Shown here one piece after another: positions 11,158-21,116 of a stretch of 64,000 nucleotides of DNA. Numbering within the stretch: the stretch's first letter is position 1; each line of letters opens with the position of its first letter. Under the pieces are notes generated by a model, which worked only from the letters and a program-made list of their open reading frames with translations, did not search any database and was not told the DNA's origin. The translations under genes and the position numbers were made by a program. This stretch comes from an uncultured Spirochaetia bacterium (GTDB taxonomy: Bacteria; Oederibacteriota; PGYV01; Palsa-1178): positions 43,283 to 107,282 of the forward strand of contig CAZMGF010000001.1 in assembly GCA_964565765.1 (NCBI GenBank), in the 5' to 3' direction.

Positions 11158-11808
11158 GTGCCAAACAAGACCCTTGCGGAAATGAAAGAAGTTTATGTAA
11201 AGCAGCGCGCGGCCATAGAGAGGGCCATTAAAAGTTACAGGGCCAAATGGGAAAAAGGCACCGAAGAAGAAGTGCTTGCCGAGATGCTTTTCTGCATTTT
11301 AACCCCCCAGTCCAAGGCAAAAGGATGCTGGTCATGCATGGAATCCATAATAAAAAAGAGGCTGCTCAAATCCGGCAGTGAAAAACAGATACTTGCAGAA
11401 CTTAAATATCCCCGTTTCAAATATAAAAAAGCAAAATATTTCGTGGAAGCGCGCGGAAAATTCATGGACAAGGGCAGGGTCACCATAAAAAAAATTATGT
11501 CCGGCTTTGACGATCCCATAAAAATGCGCGACTGGTTCCATGAAAACATAAAGGGCTACGGCCTCAAGGAAGCCTCTCACTTCCTGCGCAATGTTGGTTT
11601 CGGGGCGGATATTGCAATACTTGACCGCCACATCCTGCGCAACCTTAAAAAACTCGGGGTTATCAGTGAAATACCCGCGCATATATCGGAAAAACTCTAC
11701 CATGAGATAGAGGAAAAGATGAAAGCTTTTGCTAAAAAAATGAAAATCCCAATGGAGGCCCTGGACCTTATATTATGGGCCAAGGAAACCGGAGAGGTCT
11801 TCAAATAA
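11158..11808 (+). CDS. ogg: Ogg2-type (archaeal-type) 8-oxoguanine DNA glycosylase / AP lyase, HhH-GPD superfamily
   Basis: About 216 aa; LFCILTPQSKAK...IKGYGLKEASHFLRNVGFGADIAILDRHILRNLKKLG helix-hairpin-helix region with catalytic Lys/Asp spacing typical of small Ogg2 proteins; GTG start. Confidence 0.6.
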   Translation: MPNKTLAEMKEVYVKQRAAIERAIKSYRAKWEKGTEEEVLAEMLFCILTPQSKAKGCWSCMESIIKKRLLKSGSEKQILAELKYPRFKYKKAKYFVEARGKFMDKGRVTIKKIMSGFDDPIKMRDWFHENIKGYGLKEASHFLRNVGFGADIAILDRHILRNLKKLGVISEIPAHISEKLYHEIEEKMKAFAKKMKIPMEALDLILWAKETGEVFK

Positions 11809-13631
11809 TGGAAAACAATCCGTATTCATATTTTTTAACATCAAGGTCGGCAAAACAATGGAAACGCATGGGAGCCAGGAGAAGGGCCGGCGTGCTGGCC
11901 CCGCTTTTTTCCCTCTATTCGGAAGAAAGCTGCGGCATGGGAGAGTTCCCGGATATAAAACTTCTCGTTGACTGGTGTGTCAAATGCGGCATTTCAATAA
12001 TACAGCTGCTGCCGCTTAATGATTCGGGATTTGATTTTGCCCCGTATTCCGCCCAGTCAACTTTTGCCCTGGACCCCATGTACCTGCGCCTTGAATGCGG
12101 CGCCGGCCATGGCTCAAAGGATTGCGCCGGGGAAATTGAACGGCTGAAAAAAGCATGCCCGGCCGGGGCCAAAAGGGTGGATTACAGGCTGAAAAAAATG
12201 AAGCTCTCCACCCTGGGAAAAATTTTTACATCGTTTGCCGTATCGGAAGAATTTGAAAAATTCTGCCTTGATAACAGCTTCTGGCTTGACGATTACGCTG
12301 CATTTAAGGTGTTAAAGGATATGAATTCCATGAAGTCGTGGGAAGAGTGGGAAGAAAAATACAGGCGCAGGGATAAAGCCGCGCTGAAAGAACTGGCTAT
12401 CGGCCATGAAAAAGAAATAAAATTTCAGAAATGGCTCCAGTATCTGATATGGGCGCAGCTTTCCGAAGCTAAAAATTACGCCAATTCAAAGGGAGTTTTT
12501 TTGCAGGGCGACCTTCCATTTCTTGTGGCACGCGATTCCGCTGACGTATGGGCAAACCAGGAGTATTTCAACCTTGATGTATCATCCGGCGCGCCGCCTG
12601 ACATGTATTTCGCGAAAGGGCAACGCTGGGGAATGCCTACATATAACTGGGAAAAGATAGAAAAAAACGGATATGATTATATAAAAGAAAAAATAAAGTT
12701 CGCAGGAAATTTTTATGATATGTTCCGCATTGATCATTTTGTGGGATTATTCAGGCTGTGGACGATAAAACTAACCGAGCCTGAAAATACCTACGGCTTA
12801 AACGGGAAATTCGACCCCGGGGACAAAGATAAGTGGAAACAGCACGGCCAGAAAATACTCGACGCCATGACAGCAGACACCCTTATGCTTCCGTGCGCCG
12901 AGGACCTCGGCGTGGTGCCGGAGTGTTCATATGAGACACTTAAAGAGTATGCCATACCGGGAATGGATGTCCAGAGGTGGGCGCGCGACTGGGGAAATAC
13001 ATATGATTTTAAGGACGCGGATAAATACAGGGAAAATTCGATTGCCGTAATATCCAGCCACGACATGTCGCCGCTGGCAATGTGGTGGGAGCAGGAAGCC
13101 GCCACTGTCGACGCCATGCTTGTGGACAAATACTGCGAAGAATACGGATTTTCAAGGGATAATGTAATTGCCGGGCTCTTTGACACGCATATTTCAACAA
13201 AGACTAGGCTGCGCTGGCTGTCAGGCGTTACTTCGCCGGAAGAGGTACTGCGCAGGCTGGGAAAAAACAGGGACCAGGCGTGGATGTTCTATGACATGCA
13301 CAGGGAATCTTTTTATGAAAAAGAAAAGTTCTGGAATTATATCGGGCTCCAGGGGCAGCCAAAGGCCCAGGCAGAACCGTACTTTATAAAGGCGGCAATT
13401 GAAAAGGCCTCCTCATCAAGGTCGATATTCGCGATACAGCTTATACAGGACTGGCTCTCGCTGGGTTCATATTTTGACAACTGGGACCGTACGGATATGC
13501 GCACCAACACGCCGGGAACCATAATGGACAAAAACTGGTCAATAGTAATGCCGCTTCCACTCGAGGCAATGGGTTCAATGTCGATAAACAAGGAAATACT
13601 GAAGATTAATAAGGAGTCGGGAAGGATTTAA
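11809..13631 (+). CDS. malQ: 4-alpha-glucanotransferase (amylomaltase, GH77)
   Basis: LPLNDSGFDFAPYSAQSTFALDPMYL...; catalytic-region motif MLPCAEDLGVVPE; ATG at 11809 abuts the stop of the upstream gene. Confidence 0.8.
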
Positions 13632-13641
13632 ATACAAACAG

Positions 13642-13965
13642 CTATAACGCGTGATGGAAACTTATTTCCGGCTTATATCCCATGCTTTTTGCGATCCTGC
13701 TTATAGTTTTTGCGGTTATATTTCTCTGCCCGTTTTCAATTTCGCAAATCTCCTGCTGATTAATATTGGCCTTTATTGCCAGGGCCCGCTGGGAAAGTTT
13801 TGCTTTGTGGCGGAGTTTTGAAAGGGATTCCGCGATTTCAAGCATAAACAATTCTTCTTCTACCCCTTTTTTAAAAGCCGGGTTTTTCATTGATTTTTTT
13901 ACTTTTGCCGAATTAAAAAAGACTTCACCTGGCTGTACGGCATTCTTTGTTTTTGAGTTTTTCAT
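13642..13965 (-). CDS. higA: HTH XRE-family antitoxin (HigA-like)
   Basis: LSQRALAIKANINQQEICEIENGQRNITAKTISRIAKSMGY helix-turn-helix; 4-nt overlap with the upstream toxin gene. Confidence 0.7.
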   Translation of the reverse strand: MKNSKTKNAVQPGEVFFNSAKVKKSMKNPAFKKGVEEELFMLEIAESLSKLRHKAKLSQRALAIKANINQQEICEIENGQRNITAKTISRIAKSMGYKPEISFHHAL

Positions 13966-14345
13966 TTTAGCTTTTCTCCATTTTTATTTATTCTCAAGCA
14001 GTAATCCCTGTATCTATCTTCGGCGATCTTGATATCGCCGGCAGGTGTCTTCGGCGTATCTTTTTCAATAGCGTGCAAGAACAAAGCCCTTTTGCCGGGA
14101 AGCCAGGCATATAAAATCCGGATCAGGATCCTTGGGGTACGGATTTTAAGCTCAAAGATTTTGCCCCTTACCTGCTCGGAAAACATCCGGCTGATTCTTG
14201 GCCCGTCTTTTTGTAATTTTAAGATGCATGCAATTATTTTCTTTCTGTCAGTATCGGTCCGCTGGGCGCTATAAATAAAGTCTTCAACGGGCTTTAATCC
14301 GGAACAGGCTACATAATTAATAGCTGTATATTCGTAATCACCCAC
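13962..14345 (-). CDS. higB: Type II toxin, HigB/Gp49 (RelE/ParE superfamily, PF05973-like)
   Basis: KIFELKIRTPRILIRILYAWLPGKRALFLHAIEKDTPKTPAGDIKIAEDRYRDY matches the Gp49/HigB core; toxin-upstream-of-HTH-antitoxin order characteristic of higBA. Confidence 0.7.
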   Translation of the reverse strand: MGDYEYTAINYVACSGLKPVEDFIYSAQRTDTDRKKIIACILKLQKDGPRISRMFSEQVRGKIFELKIRTPRILIRILYAWLPGKRALFLHAIEKDTPKTPAGDIKIAEDRYRDYCLRINKNGEKLK

Positions 14346-14377
14346 GCAACTTACCCCATAACCTCTTGTCCAGCATA

Positions 14378-14406
14378 ATTATATCTGACAAGTTATAAAT
14401 TGTCAA
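14378..14406 (-). promoter_or_regulatory. Consensus sigma70 promoter (TTGACA-17-TATAAT) for higBA with overlapping inverted repeat TTGACAA-N8-TTGTCAG (candidate HigA operator)
   Basis: rc of 14378-14406 reads TTGACAatttataacttgtcagaTATAAT; about 30 nt upstream of the higB ATG. Confidence 0.5.
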
Positions 14407-14609
14407 GAATTATGTATAAAAGGCTTGGTCACATAATCTAAATTAACAGTATATGCTTTGCAGGCTTATTATCCAGGCCGAATGGAAAACAGCAGAAAAG
14501 AAAATAGCGGTTATTCGCTGATTTTAAATAGATAAATACAGCGTTTAATGATAAAATTACTTATGACAAAAAAACACTAAAAAAAGTGTAAAATTTAATA
14601 AATAAAGGG

Positions 14610-14638
14610 TTGAAATTACTTTTTAATAAATGTAAAAT
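14610..14638 (+). promoter_or_regulatory. Sigma70-type promoter TTGAAA-17-TAAAAT upstream of mgtA, giving a 5' leader of about 170 nt
   Basis: ttgaaattactttttaataaatgtaaaat; the leader contains several hairpins (e.g. acttctttttaaaagaagt at 14777-14796). Confidence 0.4.
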
Positions 14639-14811
14639 AGATTTACAAATAATACTGACGCAATGACGCGAAAAGACGGGGCGGCAGCGTTTCTTCGGAC
14701 TTCGAAGAAGACGAAGTAACGCCGCAATCCCTTCAAGATCCAGACGCAACGCGCTGAAAAATAAGCCAAAAACTAACTTCTTTTTAAAAGAAGTACGCCA
14801 GGGGTGTTTCT

Positions 14812-17439
14812 ATGGCTCAGACAAAGGATCTTAAGGCAAAAGTTCAGCAGCCGCAGCAGATTAAATCAAGCGGGAAATCACAGATTTACGATTTTGACCC
14901 TTCCACTTCCACTGCGGAGCTGATTTTTGAAAAAATGGAGACCAGCGACAAGGGGCTCTCCGACAAGGAAGCAAAAAAGAGGCTCGCTGATTACGGCTAT
15001 AATGAGCCTCCCAGAAAAAAGGAAAAATCAATAGCCTTCCAGATATTATCCAAATTTTTTGAACCCCTCATAATAGTCCTTATGATAATAGGCGCGCTGT
15101 CGCTCTTTTTCGGCGACATTCCCAGCGCCGTGATAGTTTTTGCCCTTACCATCCTGAGCGTAGTCATGGGTTTTACCCAGGAATACCGCGCCTCCAAAGA
15201 GGTGGAAAAACTCATGGAAATGGTAAAGACCACCACCACTGTTTACAGGAACGGCAAACCCAAGGAAATCAATATAAGGGAAATAATACCGGGAGACATC
15301 GTGGACCTTTACGCAGGCGACATGATACCCGCCGACCTGCGCATCATTTCATGCAAGGACCTCTTCATAAACCAGGCTACCCTTACGGGTGAGTCCATAC
15401 CTGTTGAAAAAAACCCGAAACCCAGCGAAAAAAAGACAACGGCAATATCGGATATGCCAAATATCGCGTTTATGGGCTCTTCTGTGGTTTCAGGCACAGG
15501 GCTCGGGGTTGCCGTAAAGACAGGCGTTTATACCCAGTTCGGAGAGCTCTCAAAGCGTCTCTCCACAATGCAGGTGGAGACAAGTTTTGACAAAGGAGTA
15601 AGGGCCTTTACATACACGATGATAAGGGTCATGGTTGTAATGGTCATTATAATATTCGCCATAAACTGGTTCTTCAAGCATAACCTTGTCGAGGCCCTGA
15701 TGTTTTCACTGGCGGTCGCGGTCGGCCTGACGCCTGAGATGCTGCCTCTTATCAACACAATAACCCTTTCAATGGGCGCCTCACAGATGTCAAAAAAGAA
15801 AGTAATAGTAAAAAGGCTCAATTCAATACAGAATTTCGGGGCCATGGATATTCTCTGCACTGATAAGACGGGGACGCTGACCATGGACAGGGTCGTCCTT
15901 GAAAAATACTGCGATGTAATGAGGCAGGAGGACAAGGAAGTCCTGAAGTTCGCCTGCGTAAACAGCTATTACCAGACGGGGCTGAAAAACATCCTGGACA
16001 GGGCCATTTTAAAATATATCAACAAGCAGGAAGGGTTTGACATAACCAATTTCAAGAAAATAGACGAGATGCCCTTTGATTTTTCGCGCAGGATAATGTC
16101 TGTGGTTGTTGATATGGAAGGAAAGACAAGGCTAATTGCCAAGGGCGCGCCCGAGGAGATATTCAAGCGCTGTAAGCAATATGAGCTTGACGGCGAAAAA
16201 ATAGACATGGAATATCTTGTGCTTGCCGACTTAAAGGAGGAATATGAGCGCCTCTCGGCAGACGGCTTCAGGGTGCTGGCCCTTGCTTACAGGGATTTTG
16301 AGGACAAAAAAACCGAGTTTACACGCGATGATGAGAGCGACCTTATATTAAAGGGTTATGTAGCCTTCCTTGACCCGCCAAAAGCCACGGCAGAGCGCAC
16401 AATAAAGGCCCTGAAAAAATACGGCGTTTCAATGAAAGTTCTGACAGGGGACAACGACCTGGTCACGAAAAAGATATGCAGCGAGGTCGGCCTTGACGTT
16501 ACCGGCATGATAACCGGTGATATGATGGAAAAAATGAGCGACGAGCAGATAAAGGCGGTAGTTGATAAGACCACTGTATTCGCAAGGCTCTCACCGGTAC
16601 AGAAAGAAAAGGTAATACACGCCCTTCACAACAACGGCCACATAGTAGGGTTCATGGGCGACGGGATAAACGACGCGCTCGCCCTGAAGGCCGCGGATGT
16701 TGGCATATCAGTAAACAACGCAGTGGACATCGCGAAAGAATCAGCGGACATAATATTGCTTGAAAAAAGCCTCATGGTCCTCGAGGACGGCGTCATTGAG
16801 GGAAGAAAGACCTTCGGGAATATAACAAAGTATATAAAGATGGCGGCTTCGTCAAATTTCGGCAACATGATATCAATGACAGGCGCCAGCCTTTTCCTGC
16901 CTTTCCTGCCCATGACCCCGATTCAGGTTCTTATGAATAATTTTTTATATGACCTTTCACAGACGGCAATTCCAACGGATGAGGTGGATGAGGAATATAT
17001 AAAAATACCGCGGCCGTGGAACGTGGCCTCGATACAGAAATTCATGTTTTTTATAGGGCCCATATCATCAATATTTGATTTTATGACATTTGCCGTTATG
17101 ATATTTGTATTTAAATGCACCGGGCTCGGCGCGTCGCTGGATCTTTTCCATACTGGCTGGTTCGTTGAATCACTTGTCACACAGACAGTGGTAATTTATG
17201 TCATCCGCACCACCAAAATGCCGATAGCCCAGTCCAGCCCCAGCAAACTTCTCATTTTTACTTCGCTAGTGATAATCGCGATAGGGATAGCGCTGCCGTT
17301 TACTCCGGCGGCGCAGTGGTTCGGGTTTGTAAAGGTATCGGCAAAATATTTCCTGATACTTGAGGGAATGCTCGCGGCGTATGTTTTCCTTGTCTACCAC
17401 GGACAGCAGTTTTTCATCAAAAAGTTCGGCACGGATTAA
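14812..17439 (+). CDS. mgtA: Magnesium-importing P-type ATPase
   Basis: 875 aa; phosphorylation motif DKTGTLT; hinge MGDGINDALALKAADVGIS; N-terminal cytoplasmic extension typical of MgtA/MgtB. Confidence 0.85.
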   Translation: MAQTKDLKAKVQQPQQIKSSGKSQIYDFDPSTSTAELIFEKMETSDKGLSDKEAKKRLADYGYNEPPRKKEKSIAFQILSKFFEPLIIVLMIIGALSLFFGDIPSAVIVFALTILSVVMGFTQEYRASKEVEKLMEMVKTTTTVYRNGKPKEINIREIIPGDIVDLYAGDMIPADLRIISCKDLFINQATLTGESIPVEKNPKPSEKKTTAISDMPNIAFMGSSVVSGTGLGVAVKTGVYTQFGELSKRLSTMQVETSFDKGVRAFTYTMIRVMVVMVIIIFAINWFFKHNLVEALMFSLAVAVGLTPEMLPLINTITLSMGASQMSKKKVIVKRLNSIQNFGAMDILCTDKTGTLTMDRVVLEKYCDVMRQEDKEVLKFACVNSYYQTGLKNILDRAILKYINKQEGFDITNFKKIDEMPFDFSRRIMSVVVDMEGKTRLIAKGAPEEIFKRCKQYELDGEKIDMEYLVLADLKEEYERLSADGFRVLALAYRDFEDKKTEFTRDDESDLILKGYVAFLDPPKATAERTIKALKKYGVSMKVLTGDNDLVTKKICSEVGLDVTGMITGDMMEKMSDEQIKAVVDKTTVFARLSPVQKEKVIHALHNNGHIVGFMGDGINDALALKAADVGISVNNAVDIAKESADIILLEKSLMVLEDGVIEGRKTFGNITKYIKMAASSNFGNMISMTGASLFLPFLPMTPIQVLMNNFLYDLSQTAIPTDEVDEEYIKIPRPWNVASIQKFMFFIGPISSIFDFMTFAVMIFVFKCTGLGASLDLFHTGWFVESLVTQTVVIYVIRTTKMPIAQSSPSKLLIFTSLVIIAIGIALPFTPAAQWFGFVKVSAKYFLILEGMLAAYVFLVYHGQQFFIKKFGTD

Positions 17440-17495
17440 AAGCAACAGGCGCTTTTATGCTTGTAATCATATAACCTATATACTATTATATCCAC

Positions 17496-19223
17496 ATGCT
17501 TAAACTTATAAAACTGCTGAAACCTTATACCGGGACTATAATCTTCATAGCCGTCTTGTTCCTTACCCAGGCAATGATAGATTTGTCGCTTCCCACATTC
17601 ATGGCGGAAATCGTGGACCACGGCATCGTCAAGGGCGATCTTCCTTATATATATAAGACGGGGTTCATTATGATATCCATCGCCCTGCTCGGGGTTCTCT
17701 GCGCCCTGACAGCGGGTTTTTTCTCCTCAAGGACCTCCCTTGGGTTTTCAATGAAATTAAGGAACATGATATTCACAAAAACCCAGGCTTTCTCCCTTAA
17801 TGAATACGACAAAATCGGCTCTGCCTCGCTAATTACAAGGGCGACAAATGATGTGGCGCAGGTGCAGCAGGCACTAATTATAATGCTCTCCATGATGATG
17901 CGGGCGCCCCTTATGTGCGTCGGCGGCCTTATTATGGCCATATCCAGGGACAGGGAACTCTCCCTTGTCTTCGCGGTAGCTGTGCCGGCTCTCGGCCTGA
18001 TTATATATTTTGTGCAAAAAAACGCGATCCCCCTTTTTATAGCCATGCAGAAAAAACTGGACAGGCTCAACCTTGTTATAAGGGAAAAACTCACGGGCAT
18101 AAGGGAAGTGCGCGCCTTTGATATGATCGCGCATGAAGAGAAAAAATTTGACAAAGCCAACGCAGACCTAAACAGCACCGCGCTTTCGCTCGCCAATCTT
18201 ATGGCTTTTATAATGCCCGCAATGATGGCGGCCATGAACTTTACAATGATCGCAATTGTCTGGTTCGGCGGGCTGCGCCTTTCATCCGGTAAAATGCATT
18301 TCGGCGACATCCTGGCTTTCATACAGTATGTAAATCTTATTTTATTCGCCCTTATGATGGTTTCTATGCTCTTCATTCTTATCCCGCGCGCCGAGGTTTC
18401 CGCGGGCCGCATCAATGAAATCCTTGAAACGAAACCCACAATTGAGGATCCTGTAAACCCGGCAACGCCCTCCGGAAGAAAGGGATATATTGAATTTAAG
18501 AATGTATCCTTCACGTACAAGGGGGCGCGGCAGAAGGCTCTTAACGGTATTTCTTTTTCAGCCGGGCCTGGAGAAGTTACGGCAATAATCGGCGGAACAG
18601 GTTCGGGAAAATCAACCCTTGTTAATCTCATACCCCGTTTTTACGATGTTGAAGAGGGTGAAATACTTGTTGATTCTGTCGATGTAAGGGATTACCCGCA
18701 GGCAGCGCTCAGGCCGATAATTGGTTATGTGGCGCAAAAAGCAATGCTTTTTACCGGCACAGTTGCCGACAATCTCAGGTTTGGAAATGAAAACGCGCCC
18801 ATGGAAGATATTATAAAGGCGGCAAAAACAGCCCAGGCGCACTCTTTTATTGAGGCCATGCCTGAGGGATATAATTCTCTACTGGCCCAGGCCGGTAAAA
18901 ACCTCTCAGGAGGGCAGAAACAGCGCCTCTGTATAGCCCGGGCCATAGTGATAAAACCGGAAATATATATTTTTGACGACAGTTTCTCGGCCCTTGATTT
19001 CAGGACGGATGCAGACTTAAGAGCGGAGCTAAAAAAAGAACTCAAAGATTCCACTGTGATAATTGTGGCGCAGAGGGTGACCACAATAATGGACGCCGAC
19101 AGGATAATAGTGCTTGACGACGGCAAAGTCGCGGGAATGGGAAAGCATAAGGAACTTTTCGCGTCATGCGGGGTGTACCGCGAGATTGTACTTTCGCAGG
19201 TTTCGCCGGAGGAGGTCCAATGA
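17496..19223 (+). CDS. ABC transporter permease/ATP-binding protein (exporter half-transporter, heterodimer subunit 1)
   Basis: N-terminal 6-TM domain, Walker A GGTGSGKST, signature LSGGQKQRLCIARA, Walker B IYIFDD. Confidence 0.85.
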   Translation: MLKLIKLLKPYTGTIIFIAVLFLTQAMIDLSLPTFMAEIVDHGIVKGDLPYIYKTGFIMISIALLGVLCALTAGFFSSRTSLGFSMKLRNMIFTKTQAFSLNEYDKIGSASLITRATNDVAQVQQALIIMLSMMMRAPLMCVGGLIMAISRDRELSLVFAVAVPALGLIIYFVQKNAIPLFIAMQKKLDRLNLVIREKLTGIREVRAFDMIAHEEKKFDKANADLNSTALSLANLMAFIMPAMMAAMNFTMIAIVWFGGLRLSSGKMHFGDILAFIQYVNLILFALMMVSMLFILIPRAEVSAGRINEILETKPTIEDPVNPATPSGRKGYIEFKNVSFTYKGARQKALNGISFSAGPGEVTAIIGGTGSGKSTLVNLIPRFYDVEEGEILVDSVDVRDYPQAALRPIIGYVAQKAMLFTGTVADNLRFGNENAPMEDIIKAAKTAQAHSFIEAMPEGYNSLLAQAGKNLSGGQKQRLCIARAIVIKPEIYIFDDSFSALDFRTDADLRAELKKELKDSTVIIVAQRVTTIMDADRIIVLDDGKVAGMGKHKELFASCGVYREIVLSQVSPEEVQ

Positions 19224-21109
19224 GCGCAAACGAAGAACGCGAACGGCAGCAGCCTCCACCCCAGATGCGCATGGGCGCGATGTTCGGCGGCGGCGGGCCA
19301 AGGGGCGGCGGCCATATGCGCGCTATAGGCAGGCCGGTAGAAAAGGCGAAAAATTTTAAGGGAACGGTAAAAAGGCTGGCGGCTTTTTTAAAACCATACA
19401 CCATACCGCTGGCTTTAACTGCGCTGCTGATAGTTATTTCCAGCGTTATCGCGGCAGCGTCGCCGAAGATACTCGGCCTGGCAATTACCAGCATGTTCAA
19501 ATCTTTCACGGCAAAAAGCGCGCCTGATTACGGCTACGTGCTGCGCATCCTGGGCGGGCTCGGGCTGCTTTACATTATAAGTTCTGTTATTACATATTTT
19601 ACGCAGCGGACGCTTGCCAGGACGGCGCAGAGGACCGCCTATACAATGCGCAGGCAGCTTGATGAAAAACTGTCGAAACTCCCCCTTAAATATTTTGACA
19701 CCAAAACCCGCGGGGAAATAATGAGCCGCGTGACAAACGACGTGGACAATATCAATAACGCCATGCAGCAGGGGATGTCACAGCTCATCGGCTCCGTAAT
19801 AGGCATAATTGGCGCGGTTGTAATGATGCTTATAATAAGCCCGCTGCTCACCCTTATAACAATCATAACCCTGCCTTTATCCTTCGGTGTGACGATGTTT
19901 ATAGCGAAAAATTCGCAGAAATATTTCGCCGCACAGCAGAAATCGCTCGGCGAGCTTAACGGCCATATTGAGGAGATGTTCACGGGCCACAGGATAGTAA
20001 AGGCATTCGGATATGAGAAAAAATCCATAGAAAGGTTCGGCGAGATAAATACCAGGCTCTTTAATTCCGGCTGGAAGTCGCAGTTCATTTCCGGATTTAT
20101 TTTTCCGGTCATGAATTTTATCAACAACCTGGGCTATGTGGCGGTCTGCGTCGCCGGCGGCATATTTGTCGTGAAAAAGACTATAGAAATAGGGGATGTA
20201 CAGGCGTTTATCCAGTACATAAGGATGTTCACCCAGCCCGTGGCCCAGTCGGCCAGCGTGATTAACATGCTCCAGTCGGCCGTGGCATCGGCCGAGAGGA
20301 TATTTGAGGTGCTTGACGAAACTGAGGAAACATCTGAAACAGAAGCTGCAGTTCCGGCCAAAAAAACAGAGGGCAGGGTCATATTTGATAATGTAAAGTT
20401 CGGTTACACTCCGGAAAAAATATTGTTTGAGTCCCTTTCACTTAATGTGGAGCCAGGGCATACAATCGCAATAGTAGGGCCGACGGGGGCCGGCAAGACA
20501 ACCCTTGTAAATCTGCTGATGCGTTTTTATGAGATTACAGGCGGCGCCATAAGCGTGGACGGCGTTGACACGCGTAATTTAAAGCGGGGGAATTTAAGGC
20601 GCATGTTCGGCATGGTGCTTCAGGACACGTGGCTCTTCTCCGGGACAATACGGGATAACATAGCCTACGCCAGGCCCGGGGCCGCTGATGAGGAAATATT
20701 CAGGGCGGCAAAGGCGGCGCGCGCGGACCATTTCATAAACGCGCTCCCCGGCGGATATGCCACTGTATTAAACGAGGACGCCTCCAATATTTCACAGGGT
20801 GAAAAACAGCTTATAACAATAGCGCGGGCCGTTCTTGCGGACCCGTCAATGCTTATTCTGGACGAGGCCACTAGCAGCGTTGACACCAGGACAGAGGTAC
20901 AGATACAGCACGCAATGAAGGAACTCATGAAAGAGAGAACCTCTTTTGTAATAGCGCACAGGCTTTCAACCATTAAGGACGCGGAGATGATACTTGTCAT
21001 GAATGAAGGGGCGATAGTGGAGAAGGGGACGCACGAGGGGCTCATAAAAGCAGGCGGTTTCTATTCACAGCTTTACCGCGCGCAGTTCACAGCCGGAGAA
21101 ACAGCTTAA
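19220..21109 (+). CDS. ABC transporter permease/ATP-binding protein (exporter half-transporter, heterodimer subunit 2)
   Basis: ATGA start/stop overlap with the upstream gene; Walker A GPTGAGKTT, signature ISQGEKQLITIARA, Walker B ILDEATS; Gly/Arg-rich N-terminal extension. Confidence 0.8.
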   Translation: MSANEERERQQPPPQMRMGAMFGGGGPRGGGHMRAIGRPVEKAKNFKGTVKRLAAFLKPYTIPLALTALLIVISSVIAAASPKILGLAITSMFKSFTAKSAPDYGYVLRILGGLGLLYIISSVITYFTQRTLARTAQRTAYTMRRQLDEKLSKLPLKYFDTKTRGEIMSRVTNDVDNINNAMQQGMSQLIGSVIGIIGAVVMMLIISPLLTLITIITLPLSFGVTMFIAKNSQKYFAAQQKSLGELNGHIEEMFTGHRIVKAFGYEKKSIERFGEINTRLFNSGWKSQFISGFIFPVMNFINNLGYVAVCVAGGIFVVKKTIEIGDVQAFIQYIRMFTQPVAQSASVINMLQSAVASAERIFEVLDETEETSETEAAVPAKKTEGRVIFDNVKFGYTPEKILFESLSLNVEPGHTIAIVGPTGAGKTTLVNLLMRFYEITGGAISVDGVDTRNLKRGNLRRMFGMVLQDTWLFSGTIRDNIAYARPGAADEEIFRAAKAARADHFINALPGGYATVLNEDASNISQGEKQLITIARAVLADPSMLILDEATSSVDTRTEVQIQHAMKELMKERTSFVIAHRLSTIKDAEMILVMNEGAIVEKGTHEGLIKAGGFYSQLYRAQFTAGETA

Positions 21110-21116
21110 AGGAACA

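Noticed and set aside
14640-14811. M-box (Mg2+) riboswitch in the mgtA leader
   Set aside because: No recognisable match to the conserved M-box core by eye. Kept only as a low-interest finding pending a covariance-model search.
17645-18631. 328-aa ORF on the minus strand inside the first ABC exporter gene. Similar long antisense ORFs lie inside mgtA, the HK, the MCP, the ABC-F and mprF-like genes.
   Set aside because: The sense-strand genes have clear Walker and signature motifs. The antisense frames have Ser/Ala/Ile-rich low-information compositions and no start context. They are typical shadow ORFs.
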